From: Armatimonadota bacterium
Lineage (GTDB): Bacteria; Armatimonadota; UBA5829
Length of the DNA: 64,000 nucleotides
Assembly (NCBI GenBank): GCA_026392045.1
Contig: JAPLCU010000009.1
Coordinates: forward strand, 247 to 64,246
Direction: 5' to 3'
In this document: positions 39,696 to 50,900 of the stretch, piece by piece
Layout: every line of letters starts with the position of its first letter
How positions within the stretch are numbered: the first letter of the stretch is position 1
The notes under the pieces: model-generated
What the model was told of the DNA's origin: nothing
Databases searched by the model: none
Seen by the model: the letters and a program-made list of their open reading frames with translations, nothing else
Program-made: the position numbers and the translations under genes

Positions 39696-40440
39696 GGCTT
39701 ACCTCGTTCAGATGTCGGCCGCCATCCACAAAAATGACCTGGCCGGTAATAAACTCGCTGCTCACCAGATAAAGCACGGCATCCGCGACCTGCTGGGGGT
39801 TTCCGATGCGCTTCAGCGGCAGCTCGTCCTTTAATGATTCGAGATAATCCATCCCTTTTCCTTCCGGGGGCAAAATCAGACCCGGCGCGACGGCGTTCAC
39901 TGCAATCTCAGGCGCAAGCTTAATGGCGAGCATTTTGGTGAAAAGACCCAGCAAATGCTTCGCAGAGAGATATGCCACATGCGAAAAATCATAGCTTGAA
40001 TATATTCGGGTGTCGAGCAGATTCACTATGTGCTGAGCGCCGGGTTTGGCGGCAAAGCTGCGAGAAAGCGCAAACGGCGCCCAAGCGTCTGTTTTGATGC
40101 TATCAATGAGAGCGTCAAATGTCAGATTATCGAGCGTATTGCGTGGAAATGCCGATGCGTTGTTCACGAGTATATGCAGCGGCCCTGCGATATCACAGGC
40201 GCGGTCGATTAGCTGGTCGATTTCATCCAAAACCGAGAGATCGGCTTGGATTGTCCAGGCATTCGGCCCTAAGGCTCGAATCTCAGCCGCCAGTTGCTCC
40301 GCCTCAGCCTTTGAAGCGCGATAGTGAACAACCACATTCGCGCCCTCGCAAGCAAGGCCCAGCGCAATCGCCCGCCCAATTCGTTTTGAAGCGCCGGTTA
40401 TAAGCGCGGTTTTGCCTTCAAATAATTTGTTATCGCACAC
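39688..40440 (-). CDS. SDR-family oxidoreductase, FolM/pteridine-reductase-like
   Basis: TGASKRIGRAIALGL cofactor motif. YxxxK active site. First gene of the folB-folK-folE operon, overlapping folB by 8 nt. Confidence 0.6.
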   Translation of the reverse strand: MCDNKLFEGKTALITGASKRIGRAIALGLACEGANVVVHYRASKAEAEQLAAEIRALGPNAWTIQADLSVLDEIDQLIDRACDIAGPLHILVNNASAFPRNTLDNLTFDALIDSIKTDAWAPFALSRSFAAKPGAQHIVNLLDTRIYSSYDFSHVAYLSAKHLLGLFTKMLAIKLAPEIAVNAVAPGLILPPEGKGMDYLESLKDELPLKRIGNPQQVADAVLYLVSSEFITGQVIFVDGGRHLNEVSRG

Positions 40441-40449
40441 TTGACATTT

Positions 40450-40560
40450 ATCCTTGCAGTTGTAGGTTATAGGTTATAAGTTTTAAGTTGTAAGTAGCTG
40501 GCACCGAGGCGTCTGGTTCTGGACTTATTACTTATTACTTATTACTTATGACTTATGACT
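40450..40560. repeat. Tandem short-period repeats (GGTTATAG / ACTTATTA / ACTTATGA octamers)
   Basis: gttgtaggttataggttataagttttaagttgtaagtag ... ttattacttattacttattacttatgacttatgacttacaac, between the esterase stop and the SDR start. Confidence 0.6.
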
Positions 40561-42689
40561 TACAACTTCTCGACCAGCTTCTTCATAGCGACAGCGAAAC
40601 GCTCGCCGAGGGATACCATACCGGCGGTGTCATAGTGCCATGGATCGCCCATGCCGTAGTCGTCGGTCGTGAACGTGCCTGTATTCGGCACCGTATTGAC
40701 GACCTCCACCTCAGCTGCGCGAACCCCGTCGCCGAGGTCGGGACCCCATGCCGGCATTTTGGATATCTGCGCCAGCACGAATGGTAGGTTGGGCTGTTTT
40801 GTTTCGGTGCGAATATCTTTGATGAACGCAGTCAGGTTCTTTGCGTAGTCGGCGGTCATCTGCTTGTCGGACGCATCGGATTCGCCCTGCATCCAGATCA
40901 TACCGCAGAATTCGGGTTCAAAGGCCGGGTCGAGTGTGGACTTAGCTTCATTGAAGAAGTTGACCCATTTGGTGTAAAGGTCACCAACGGTTCCACCGGC
41001 GCTCGGCGGACGCCATTGTGCGCCAAGATTAGTGCCGCCCCAAGCTATTTTGATGATCGCCATAACCTGTTTTGGGTCTTGCGGGGCCATATTATAACCA
41101 AACAAGAGCTCTGGGCCGAATGTTCCCTTGCCGTCTCTGTTACCAAAGTCGCTTCCGAGGCCATCTTTTAGATAAGCCCATCCATAAGCGGGTTCGTTTT
41201 TCTCATTCTTAGGTATGCACTCACCGCGCACGAAGATGATGCAGTTCTTATTGAAGCCTTTGTATTTTTCGGGCATACCCGTGACCATACTGCATCCGAC
41301 GGAGTTCGATTGGCCCGAGGAAATATAAACTTTCAGCTTCTTGCTGACGGTGCGGAAGCTCCATACATCGCCCTTACTCACCGAAAGCTTATTGCTGTTG
41401 ATAGTCTCTACTCGCCAGTAATAGCTCTTGCCCAAAGCAGGATTCTTGATGGGTAACTCGACCGAAGTGACGCTCGCAGCCAGGCCGGCGAAATTGGGTT
41501 TCTTCTTAGCCAGCGCTTCTTCAGCTGTCTCACCTATATAGACATTCTGCTTAACGGCATACTTGCCCGGTGTCCAAGCAAGCTCGTGCTTGCCACCCTC
41601 AACAAAGATATAGCTATCAGCGGGAACAGGCTTGGCAGCGTTGCCGGTTTCTGTCTTAAATTCAGACACAATGCCTTTTTGCGCAACCTTGCCGGAAGCG
41701 TCGAGCTGATCGACTTTCCAATAATAGGTCTTGCCAAGGTTTAGCTTTAGTGGGCCATATTCTGTCTTATTGACCTTATCTATTATAGTGAAGCCTGCAG
41801 TGCTCTTTACATCATTTTCAGCAACAAGTTTGTCATTGCTAACGCGAATGGCATAGGAAGCAACATCAGGGCTGCCCTTCTCCCACTTCAGCATGGATGT
41901 CAGCGCGTCAACTGTAGCGCCGCGCTGCGGAGCCAATAAAATAGCCGAATTGAAGCCGTAAGCATTCCAGCTTTGCACCGTGGTGAATCCACGGTCATAT
42001 ACCTTAATGCTGGCGATTGCGCCATTGACATTATGCACATAACCAACACCTGGCGCAGGATCGCCGGTCATGCAGGCGCCGATCACAAACGGTCTGTCTT
42101 CTTTGGTAGCCAACGAGAACTTTCTGCTGATGCGAAGATCGCCATCACACCACGCCTGAAACTCGCCGTCTTTGCCGCCTGCGTAGGAATAAATCAGGGT
42201 GTGCCATTTATTTTTCACAGGCACGTTATCCAGCCAGCCTGAAACGTCATTGCTCCAAGTGCCGATAACGCCAAAGAATGTAGCTTCGCCGTATCCGATC
42301 TCTAAACATCTGTCGGGTCGATTAGACCACGAAATAAGCGTGCGCTCACCGGTCAGTTCCCTGCAGTTAGTCTTTACAATAACGGTCCAGGGTTTGTCGC
42401 CAACAAGAGAGGCCGGTGCTTTGAAATCCGCCAGCATGTGGTCTTTGCCGCTGAAATCCACGGCCTTCACGCCGTCGATCACTTTGACCTGCGGGTTGGC
42501 GCCGTCGTTAGAGAAAGCGCCCTCAAGGCTGCCTGCGTTTTTCCAGGCAGCGAGCGGGCCTTCAGACAATTTGTTTGCGTCAAGGTCTATTAGCGGCGTC
42601 TGCGCCAAACCCTCCGCGCTCATTATTGTTGCCATTGAAATAGCAAGCAATAACGCTAAAGATAGTTTCTTCAAGTTCATGTTAATCAA
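40560..42689 (-). CDS. Secreted carbohydrate esterase: N-terminal LamG/FN3-like domains + C-terminal SASA (sialate-O-acetylesterase-type SGNH) domain
   Basis: Signal peptide. C-terminal GQSNSVG, WMQGESD and DPWHYD blocks (SASA/DUF303). Confidence 0.6.
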   Translation of the reverse strand: MINMNLKKLSLALLLAISMATIMSAEGLAQTPLIDLDANKLSEGPLAAWKNAGSLEGAFSNDGANPQVKVIDGVKAVDFSGKDHMLADFKAPASLVGDKPWTVIVKTNCRELTGERTLISWSNRPDRCLEIGYGEATFFGVIGTWSNDVSGWLDNVPVKNKWHTLIYSYAGGKDGEFQAWCDGDLRISRKFSLATKEDRPFVIGACMTGDPAPGVGYVHNVNGAIASIKVYDRGFTTVQSWNAYGFNSAILLAPQRGATVDALTSMLKWEKGSPDVASYAIRVSNDKLVAENDVKSTAGFTIIDKVNKTEYGPLKLNLGKTYYWKVDQLDASGKVAQKGIVSEFKTETGNAAKPVPADSYIFVEGGKHELAWTPGKYAVKQNVYIGETAEEALAKKKPNFAGLAASVTSVELPIKNPALGKSYYWRVETINSNKLSVSKGDVWSFRTVSKKLKVYISSGQSNSVGCSMVTGMPEKYKGFNKNCIIFVRGECIPKNEKNEPAYGWAYLKDGLGSDFGNRDGKGTFGPELLFGYNMAPQDPKQVMAIIKIAWGGTNLGAQWRPPSAGGTVGDLYTKWVNFFNEAKSTLDPAFEPEFCGMIWMQGESDASDKQMTADYAKNLTAFIKDIRTETKQPNLPFVLAQISKMPAWGPDLGDGVRAAEVEVVNTVPNTGTFTTDDYGMGDPWHYDTAGMVSLGERFAVAMKKLVEKL

Positions 42690-42771
42690 TTTTCCTCCAA
42701 GTTAGTTTTGATCAGGTTCCAATTAGTAGTTAGGCGGTTTTGCCAGTAATCCTCCACATATATCCCAAGAG

Positions 42772-45669
42772 TTACTGTCCCGACAGCTTATGCGCGATGT
42801 ATGCTTCCAATTCCTTGCGCTCATCATCCGTTAAAGCAACTTTATAAAGGAAAACATCGCCGATATCGCCATTGAATGTCGTCCAGTCATCGGGCGCATT
42901 GCGGCCAACCGTAATGCTCTTGGCAAATCCTGCCTCGGGCGGAGCCAGCGCTGTCATAGCGCTAAGTTCTGAGTTTGACATAACCTCCGTGCCATTGGCA
43001 TATACTTTATACTTGCCATCGGGCTGCACTATGAGGCTCAATATGGTAATCTGGCCATCTGGAATAGCAACCTTGCTGTTATCTATAGGTCCGTTGCGCC
43101 GAACGCAGATCAGCCCGGAATCACTGCGGATACCCAAAGTCAGACGATCATAGAAGCAGTCAACAATTGAAAACCACCCGGAAGCTGCCGCGCTGCGTAT
43201 TGGCCGCGCAGCTACAACAATGCTGGCGCCATTGCACGGTATCGGCTCGGAATAGGCGCCAAAGTTGAAGCCGTCACCATCCAGATAGAGATTTCTGCTG
43301 AATTTCCCGCCGTCGATTTTTACCGTTTCAGGCGAAGCTATAGGTTTCAGCTTCCCGCCTTCAGGAACCATTGTCGGCCAGCCTCCTCCATTGCCAGACG
43401 GCAAAGATTCACCGAGGCAAGCCAAGATCAACTGGTCTTTATTCGGGATTTTTCCCGTGGCGTCAGAGCCGCCTTTGAACTTCACGGCAAAAGTATGGGA
43501 TGAGGAGACGTTGCTGAATGTGTATGAATCTTTTGCGCCCACATCTTTTCCGTCAACGATCACGCTCGCGACCGAATACCCTGGAATCGGGGTAATTTTG
43601 AATGTCTGGTTGCCGTTGTAGTCGGCCATCATATCGCCGCACGGGGAGATTGAGCCGCCATAGCCCGCCTCTGTCGTAATCGTGCAGGCAAATGATGCGC
43701 TGATAGTATGATTGCTCCTGACATCAATGAAAGAGAAGCTGTCTCGCGCGCTGATCTCAATTCCATCAATTGCAAGAGACTTTGTGACCAGCCCCGGATT
43801 CGGCACGATAGTAAATGTCTGCGCTCCACCCTGGGGTATAGATACAACTCCGGAAGACGGGATAGGAACGATCTTCTCCCTGGAACTGTAAGCAAAGGAC
43901 ACGGAGATAGTTCCCGTCGGCTTGATTCTCCCGCCTCTATTTGCTGAAGTTGTTATCTTATAACTTGGCGCTTTCTTAGAGAAAGTCGCTTCTATCGTGT
44001 GGTTGGCATAGACAGGATCAAACGTATAGTTTGGAACTGAGCCGACAGAAACGCCGTCCACTTTCACATCTTCAATAAAGTAACCGGCCTTCGGTTTGAT
44101 CGTATAAAGCACGGCCATCCGCTGCGGGAATTTCGCGCTGCCTGGCGGGGTGATAGTTCCCCCATCCCCGGCGGTGGCGGCGATGGTGTAGCGCTTAGTC
44201 ACGTCCTCCACATGGAACGGGGCCGCAGGCAGGCCTTCTTTATTATAGAGATTGCATCCTTCGGGGTTCTGCCAGCAGGCATACGAGACTTTGCGCGGTT
44301 CAGGAACCGATGGCGATGACATAATGACCTGGTTTTCCTTAATCACAGCATCGGCATGGAACCATTTACCATCTGCGCCAGCTATAACAAAGCGCGTCAG
44401 AGCGCCTCCTGGGATTTCCTTAGTCGGCTGATACCACGCCTTTGAACCGACCATCAGACCGCTTCCGATGCTATCAAACGAGCATATTACTTTATTGCCC
44501 GACAATGTCACATCTTTCAGCACAGGGCCGTTCGCAACTATCTTCGTAAATCCATAATCATTCTTGAGGGCCCAGAAAGCGAGCCGCTCGCCGACATCCA
44601 GTTTGTTTTCGGGATGGTAGCCAGCCCAACTTTCCTTCGAAACGCCAATGTCGATCGCCGAGGCGCACCCGGCATGCGGCAGCGCCATGGCGTTGGCCTG
44701 TTGCAGGCGGGTGTCGGCATTCCAACCGCCGGAGATGAGTACCGGAGTCTCGGTCTGCAAGGGTAATCCGTAATTCGCGATCATCACATAATAGAACGGA
44801 AAGTCATCCACTCCAAATATCCGCTTCCATCCCTGCTGAAGAGCTTTCATTTTGAGGAAATAGCTATCGGGTGTTTGCACGCTTCGTTCAGCGTTTTCGC
44901 CCTGATACCATATCGCTCCCTTAATGCCATAAGGCGCAATCGGCGCGATCATGCCATTTGAGAGATTAGATGGGCCGCCCGGCAAAACTGGCTGGCTTAA
45001 GAGCGGTTTGAGGTCTGGAATATCAATAAAACCTTCAGGAGCAAGCCACAAATCGATGCTTGTTCCTCCAACCGAAGACGTTATGAGGCCGATCGGTATG
45101 GTACCTTTAGTCTCCTGGTAAATCTTTCTCGCAAAATAGAATGCTGCTGCTGAAAATCGGCCAGCCGAATCAGGGGTGCATACGGCCCAGCTTGGGTTGC
45201 CTTTCAGCATTTTCGAAGGAACTCCCGCCGACGCACCTATCGTGCGAAATGATCTTATTCCGGGAAAATTCGCGCTGTCAACATCTTCTTTGCGATTACA
45301 GCCTCCGAGGACCATATCCATGTTAGATTGGCCGCTGCAAAGCCACACATCGCCAACCAGCACGTCGCTGAATGTGAGGGTGTTTGACCCGGCGATGGTC
45401 ATTTGTTGCCCTTTGGTGTTTGCGCTCATCGCCGGCAGCATCACCTGCCAGTTTCCTTGAGCGTCAGCGGTTGCTGAAACCTTTTTTTCACCGAATGAAA
45501 CAGCAACCTTCTCTCCAGCGCCAGCAGTCCCGAAAACCGGCACAGACTTGCCGCGCTGAAGCACCATGTGGTCACTGAATATCTTGCATAGCTGCACTTC
45601 AGCGTGGGCCGCGCTAACCAAAGACAAGACAAAAAGTACAACCAACAATCGGACTCGGCACTTACTCAT
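42772..45669 (-). CDS. Large secreted sialate-O-acetylesterase-like protein (SASA domain + Ig-like repeats + C-terminal LamG/concanavalin-like domain)
   Basis: LCSGQSNMDM motif near the N-terminus. Repeated Ig-like modules (...HTISASFA / HTIEATFS). Lectin-like C-terminus. Confidence 0.6.
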   Translation of the reverse strand: MSKCRVRLLVVLFVLSLVSAAHAEVQLCKIFSDHMVLQRGKSVPVFGTAGAGEKVAVSFGEKKVSATADAQGNWQVMLPAMSANTKGQQMTIAGSNTLTFSDVLVGDVWLCSGQSNMDMVLGGCNRKEDVDSANFPGIRSFRTIGASAGVPSKMLKGNPSWAVCTPDSAGRFSAAAFYFARKIYQETKGTIPIGLITSSVGGTSIDLWLAPEGFIDIPDLKPLLSQPVLPGGPSNLSNGMIAPIAPYGIKGAIWYQGENAERSVQTPDSYFLKMKALQQGWKRIFGVDDFPFYYVMIANYGLPLQTETPVLISGGWNADTRLQQANAMALPHAGCASAIDIGVSKESWAGYHPENKLDVGERLAFWALKNDYGFTKIVANGPVLKDVTLSGNKVICSFDSIGSGLMVGSKAWYQPTKEIPGGALTRFVIAGADGKWFHADAVIKENQVIMSSPSVPEPRKVSYACWQNPEGCNLYNKEGLPAAPFHVEDVTKRYTIAATAGDGGTITPPGSAKFPQRMAVLYTIKPKAGYFIEDVKVDGVSVGSVPNYTFDPVYANHTIEATFSKKAPSYKITTSANRGGRIKPTGTISVSFAYSSREKIVPIPSSGVVSIPQGGAQTFTIVPNPGLVTKSLAIDGIEISARDSFSFIDVRSNHTISASFACTITTEAGYGGSISPCGDMMADYNGNQTFKITPIPGYSVASVIVDGKDVGAKDSYTFSNVSSSHTFAVKFKGGSDATGKIPNKDQLILACLGESLPSGNGGGWPTMVPEGGKLKPIASPETVKIDGGKFSRNLYLDGDGFNFGAYSEPIPCNGASIVVAARPIRSAAASGWFSIVDCFYDRLTLGIRSDSGLICVRRNGPIDNSKVAIPDGQITILSLIVQPDGKYKVYANGTEVMSNSELSAMTALAPPEAGFAKSITVGRNAPDDWTTFNGDIGDVFLYKVALTDDERKELEAYIAHKLSGQ

Positions 45670-45710
45670 TCAATTTCTCCTAATATCTGTATTTGATATA
45701 CTTCGGGACT

Positions 45711-45837
45711 GTTTTTCGTCCCGAAGAGTATCACTCTTTTATTCTTTCGGCTTGTTTGCCTTCCCCAACCCCGGGAACTGCTTCAGCATTTCGGCGGATA
45801 TTTTTAATATGCTTCGGGACTGTTTTTCGTCCCGAAG
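45711..45837. repeat. Two dispersed copies of the CTTCGGGAC-TGTTTTTC-GTCCCGAAG hairpin flanking a duplicated gene-tail segment
   Basis: Hairpins at 45711-45736 and 45812-45837, identical to the units of the 2511-2728 array. Between them lies a degenerate copy of the last about 55 nt of the GH43 gene. Confidence 0.7.
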
Positions 45838-45858
45838 CACATCTTTCTAAAGCACACT

Positions 45859-47025
45859 CTATTTATCCTTTGGCTTGCTTTCTTTTCCCAACCCCGGGAA
45901 CTTCTTCAGCATTTCCGCAGATATCTTGGAAGTCTGAGGGGTGTAAGACGGCGCCGTTGTTTTTACTTCGCCGTTTTCAAACCAGATCGGGTCGATCATC
46001 ATTGAGGCGTCTTTATGACCGGTTGCATAAGTATGGCACGAAGTCCATATTCTGCCATCGGGTCCGGTGAAGAATTGGTTGTGGCCCAGGCTCGTGAATG
46101 GAAAATTGGCGTCCTCAATGTCCTTTCCATAGCGGACGGCCACGTTCTTTCCATCCTTGCTCCATGCCCCGAAGAGAGGGTTGTTCTTGTTCTTAGTGTA
46201 AGGCCCATGAATATTCTTAGCGGTGGCATAGCCAACAGCATAACCCTTTGTCCATGAGGAATAGAACAAGTAATAAGTTCCATTGTTCTTGACCACAGCG
46301 GAGCCTTCGACGCCGCTGCCGTCCCACGTTCCGGCCTCCTGGTGAAAAAGCTCAAGGGGCTTTTCCTTAAGCTGCAGATTCTTCATGTCCATTTCAGCCA
46401 CATAGATTCTATGCACGTCCGTCCAGCCGTTGTTGAAGAACGCATAGACCTTGCCGTCCTCGTCCTCGAACAGCGTAAGGTCGTTGGAAGGCCATGGAGT
46501 CAGCGGCTTGTCGGGCGTCATAACCTTGTAAGGCCCCGTGATTTTGTCTGCCACTGCTATGCCGCACGCATGATAATGCTTATATTTCTCGCTCTCATTG
46601 AGGCAGTTGAATGTCAGATAATATTTGCCTTTAATCTTGTGAAGTTCCGGCGCCCAAAATCGGTCTTTGTACCAAGTCTCCGGGGGCAGTTTTTCAGCGT
46701 CGATAAGCATGGTTTCAAATTTCCAATCGACCATATTATCGCTGACAAAAAGTTTCACGCCAGGGTTAGGGCCTGACCAGTAGGGCGGGCAGGTGCCTAT
46801 GGAATAGAACTTGCCATTGTCCGGCAGGATGACCGTGTCGCGCACGTCCAGGGCTGAGTTGGGGTTTTGGTAGTTAAACTCAGGCGGCTCCTTTGATTTT
46901 GCAGCAGACGCCCCCGCATTCGCGCCGCAGCACGCCAAAATGGGCAACGACAGCATAAACTGTGCGCATTTGCGCCAGGGGAAAGCTTTAAGCGCATCGA
47001 TATTTTTCTGCAAAACTATTTTCAA
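45859..47025 (-). CDS. Glycoside hydrolase family 43-like (beta-propeller) secreted enzyme
   Basis: Signal/lipoprotein-like N-terminus (ILACCGANA). RFWAPE, YYLTFN and YYLFYSS blocks typical of GH43 5-bladed propellers. Confidence 0.6.
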   Translation of the reverse strand: MKIVLQKNIDALKAFPWRKCAQFMLSLPILACCGANAGASAAKSKEPPEFNYQNPNSALDVRDTVILPDNGKFYSIGTCPPYWSGPNPGVKLFVSDNMVDWKFETMLIDAEKLPPETWYKDRFWAPELHKIKGKYYLTFNCLNESEKYKHYHACGIAVADKITGPYKVMTPDKPLTPWPSNDLTLFEDEDGKVYAFFNNGWTDVHRIYVAEMDMKNLQLKEKPLELFHQEAGTWDGSGVEGSAVVKNNGTYYLFYSSWTKGYAVGYATAKNIHGPYTKNKNNPLFGAWSKDGKNVAVRYGKDIEDANFPFTSLGHNQFFTGPDGRIWTSCHTYATGHKDASMMIDPIWFENGEVKTTAPSYTPQTSKISAEMLKKFPGLGKESKPKDK

Positions 47026-47301
47026 AATCGGTTGTCTCCTATAAGTTATTCGTCTTTGAAATGTTGTTCTGAAATTGTTTGATTGCTGCCACCTATGTTA
47101 TAGATGCAAACTCATCACCAATATTATCACTCTTGCATTGACCTCCATGCAATGCATGAAACTGTGCTAATATTAGAGCTTTTCGCTGTATTTTGCAACC
47201 AGCGGCACGCGCGCTGCCCTGGCCTTACACCGATGCCTTATTCCACAGCAGGCTTCAATCTGCTATAATAGCTTCTGTAAGGTAAAATAACGTCCGGACT
47301 G

Positions 47302-47628
47302 GTGATGTTCGTGAACATAACTGATGAGAGAATCTTGGATGTAGTTGACCGGATAGGGAGTAGCGTGCACCCACTGCAGATATTGCTCTTTGGCTCGGTT
47401 GCACGAGGTCAAGCTCGCCCGGATAGCGACATAGACATCCTTGTCGTTATGCCTGATGGGACTCACCGGCGCAATACTATGACTGATATATACCGAGCTC
47501 TGCTTGGCTCCAAACTGGACGTGGATGTAGTCGTCGCCACCGTTTCGGATCTAAAACTTTACGGTGAGACGTCGGGTCTCATCTACCGGCAAGCCCTGAC
47601 TGAAGGAGTACAGCTCTATGCAGCATAA
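47302..47628 (+). CDS. Minimal nucleotidyltransferase (MNT, Pol-beta superfamily), no intact HEPN partner
   Basis: LLFGSVARGQARPDSDIDILVV motif. The downstream overlapping frame gives only a 23-aa peptide. Confidence 0.6.
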   Translation: MMFVNITDERILDVVDRIGSSVHPLQILLFGSVARGQARPDSDIDILVVMPDGTHRRNTMTDIYRALLGSKLDVDVVVATVSDLKLYGETSGLIYRQALTEGVQLYAA

Positions 47629-47908
47629 CTCCGGTGGCGCCAAAGACCCAAAGAGGTGGATGCAGAACGCTGCCACGGAGAAGACTTGACTTGAGAGGTT
47701 AGCATGCTGCTCACCCTTCGAGTGACCTCAGGGTGGCGAAGTGCTTGGCGCAGTGATTGGCATAGGTCCGCTAAGCGGATGACTTTCCGCTTAGCGCCCT
47801 TCCCTTCTGGGCTTTCCACTCTCCACTTTCCACTTTCCGCTACCCTCCACGCAGGGGATTTGGCTGCAACCGTTTAAGTAAACATGAGTTACCAAAACTG
47901 GAGGAATA

Positions 47909-50900
47909 ATGACCTTGATAAGATTCGGATTGCTCGGTATGGCGGCAACATTCTTAGTTACAATGGCTATTCCGGGAAGGTGTGAATTGAAAGACAATAA
48001 ACCAGATTCGGCCTCGCCGGACCTTTCAAAAGGGGCGACTCTTTACACAGTCGGCTACGCGCATTTGGACACTCAATGGCGCTGGGATTACCCTCAGGTG
48101 ATCAACAGCATGATTCCTGCTACCATGCATGATAATTTCCGCCTCATTGAAGCCTACCCAAATTATATATTCAATTTCAGCGGGGCCAACCGCTATCGCT
48201 TGATGAAAGAGTATTATCCGGCAGACTTTGAAAAGGTCAAAGCTTACGTCAAAGCGGGTCGGTGGTTCCCATGCGGGTCATCAATGGAAGAATCCGATGT
48301 GAACGTTCCTTCGGCGGAATCGCTCATTCGCCAGATTCTTTACGGCAATCATTACTTCCGCCGCGAACTAGGCAAGGCGAGCATTGAATATATGCTGCCA
48401 GACTGCTTCGGTTTTCCCGCATCGCTGCCGAGCATTCTTGCACACTGTGGAATAAAGGGTTTCTCCACACAGAAACTCACGTGGGGTTCCGCCGTCGGCA
48501 TCCCGTTCAAAGTTGGTGTTTGGGAAGGACTTGATGGCTCATTCGTAATTGCGGCGCTCGACCCCGGCGATTATGGTGGAAGGATCCGTGAAGACCTCTC
48601 ACAAAACAAGAACTGGCTGGAGAGAATCAATCAAAACGGCAAAACATCGGGCGTATTTGCCGATTACCGTTACTACGGCACCGGCGACCAGGGCGGCGCG
48701 CCAACTGAAGATTCAGTAAAATGGGTCGAAAAGAGCGTAAGCGGCATCGGCCCGATTAAAATCATATCATCCTCCGCCGATCAATTATTTAAGGATATCA
48801 AGCCCAGCCAAATCGCCGGGCTGCCGCGCTACAAGGGCGATTTGCTTCTGACCCAGCATTCAGCGGGTTCGCTCACTTCGCAAGCATACATGAAGAAATG
48901 GAACCGCCACAATGAACAACTTGCTGACGGCGCCGAAAAAACCTTGATAGCCGCAAGCTGGCTCGGCGGTATGATATATCCACAAAAGAAGCTTAACGAC
49001 GCCTGGACGCTGGTTATGGGCGGTCAATTTCACGATATTCTCCCTGGCACATCTATTCCCAAGGCCTATGAATACTCCTGGAATGATGAAATCCTGGCTA
49101 TGAACCAGTTTTCAAACGTGATGGAGCAGGCCGTTGGAGTAATTGCATCCGCAATGGACACCCGCGCCAAGGGTACGCCGATAGTAATCTATAATCCTTT
49201 GAACGTCGCCCGTGAGGACTTAGTTGAAGCCACAGTGCCGCTAACAGCAAAATCTGCCCGAGTAATCGGGCCGGACGGCAAAGAAACGCCCTCGCAAATT
49301 ATTGATCGAACCAGCGATGGGGTGAAAGTGCTGTTTGTGGCAAAAGCGCCTTCTGTCGGGTTTGCTGTGTATGATGTCCAACCGTCCGAGATTACACCAA
49401 AGTCCGGCAATCTCAAAGTGACCGAATCCAGCCTCGAAAACGCGCGCTATAAGATCAAACTTAACAATGCCGGAGACGTGTCAAGCATATACGACAAACT
49501 CGCAAAGAATGAGCTTCTTTCTGCGCCCATGTGTCTTGCCTTCCAGTATGAAAACCCGAGGGAATTTCCAGCGTGGAATATGGACTGGGAGGATCAGAGC
49601 AAGCCGCCGCACAGCTACGTGGATGGCAAAGCCAGCATCGGTATTCTGGAAAATGGGCCGGTGCGAGTTGCCGTCGCTGTTACTCGCGAGGCTGAGGGCT
49701 CTAAGTTCACGCAGATCGTCCGCCTATCTGCAGGAAGCGCGGGCAATAGAATCGAATTCAGTGACCAAATAGATTGGCGCAGCCGCGAATGCTGCCTTAA
49801 GGCCGTATTCCCGCTCACCGTCTCAAATCCGCTCGCAACCTATAGCTGGGAAACCTGCAGCGTGCAGCGAGGCAATAACGACCCCGCAAAATACGAGGTG
49901 CCGTCGCATCAATGGTTCGATCTAACAGATAAAGAGGGCGCGTATGGCGTTTCAGCGCTCTCAGACTGCAAATACGGCTCGGATAAGCCCGACGATAGCA
50001 CCCTGCGCCTCACCCTTCTACACACCCCCGGCACGCGCGGCGGTTACCATGATCAGGCAAGCCAGGATTGGGGCAAACACAAGATCAATTACGGCCTAGC
50101 GGGGCATTCGGGAGATTGGCGAGAGGGCCAAACCGACTGGCAAGCTCTGCGAATGCAACAGCCGCTGATCGCGTTCGAGACTATCAAGCACGAGGGCAAA
50201 CTAGGCAAGAAATTCGCCATTCTGAAGCTCAGCGACCCTAGAATTCGTGTATTGGCAGTAAAAAAAGCCGAAGATACAGACGAAGTTATCTTAAGAATGG
50301 TGGAAATGGACGGCAAAAAGGCGAAATCGGTCAAAATCAGCTTCGCCGCGCCGATCACGACCGCCCGCGAGGTAAACGGCCAAGAGCAACCTATTGGTCT
50401 GATAAGCGTTAAAGATAGTGCGTTGGATATAAATTTCACGCCTTACCAGATACGCACATTTGCGCTCAAGCTTGGTGAAGCTCCAACGAACATGCTATTG
50501 CCCAAGTCCACACCAGTCACGCTGAAATATGACATCCAGCTCACAAGCAAAGACGGCGAAAAATCCAACGGCGGCTTCGACAAAGACAAACGCTGCATTC
50601 CCGCTGAAATGCTCCCGAGCGAGATCACCGAGAGCGGCATCACGTTCAAACTTGGCCCAAACGACCAGCCCAACGGCGTCACCTGCTCCGGCCAAACCAT
50701 AACGCTGCCCAAAGCCAAATCCAACCGCGTTTATATACTCGCGGCATCTTCGCCCGAAGATCAAAAAGCGATTTTCACGCTCGACGGCGAGCCAATCGAG
50801 CTCAACATTCAAGACTGGGGCGGCTACATCGGCCAATGGGACCTGCGCACGTGGAAACCCGGCACGGACGAATGCAATGGAATCATCCCCGGCTATATCA

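Noticed and set aside
47620-47691. Possible HEPN partner of the MNT gene
   Set aside because: The frame encodes only 23 aa with no Rx4-6H motif. It is treated as a remnant.
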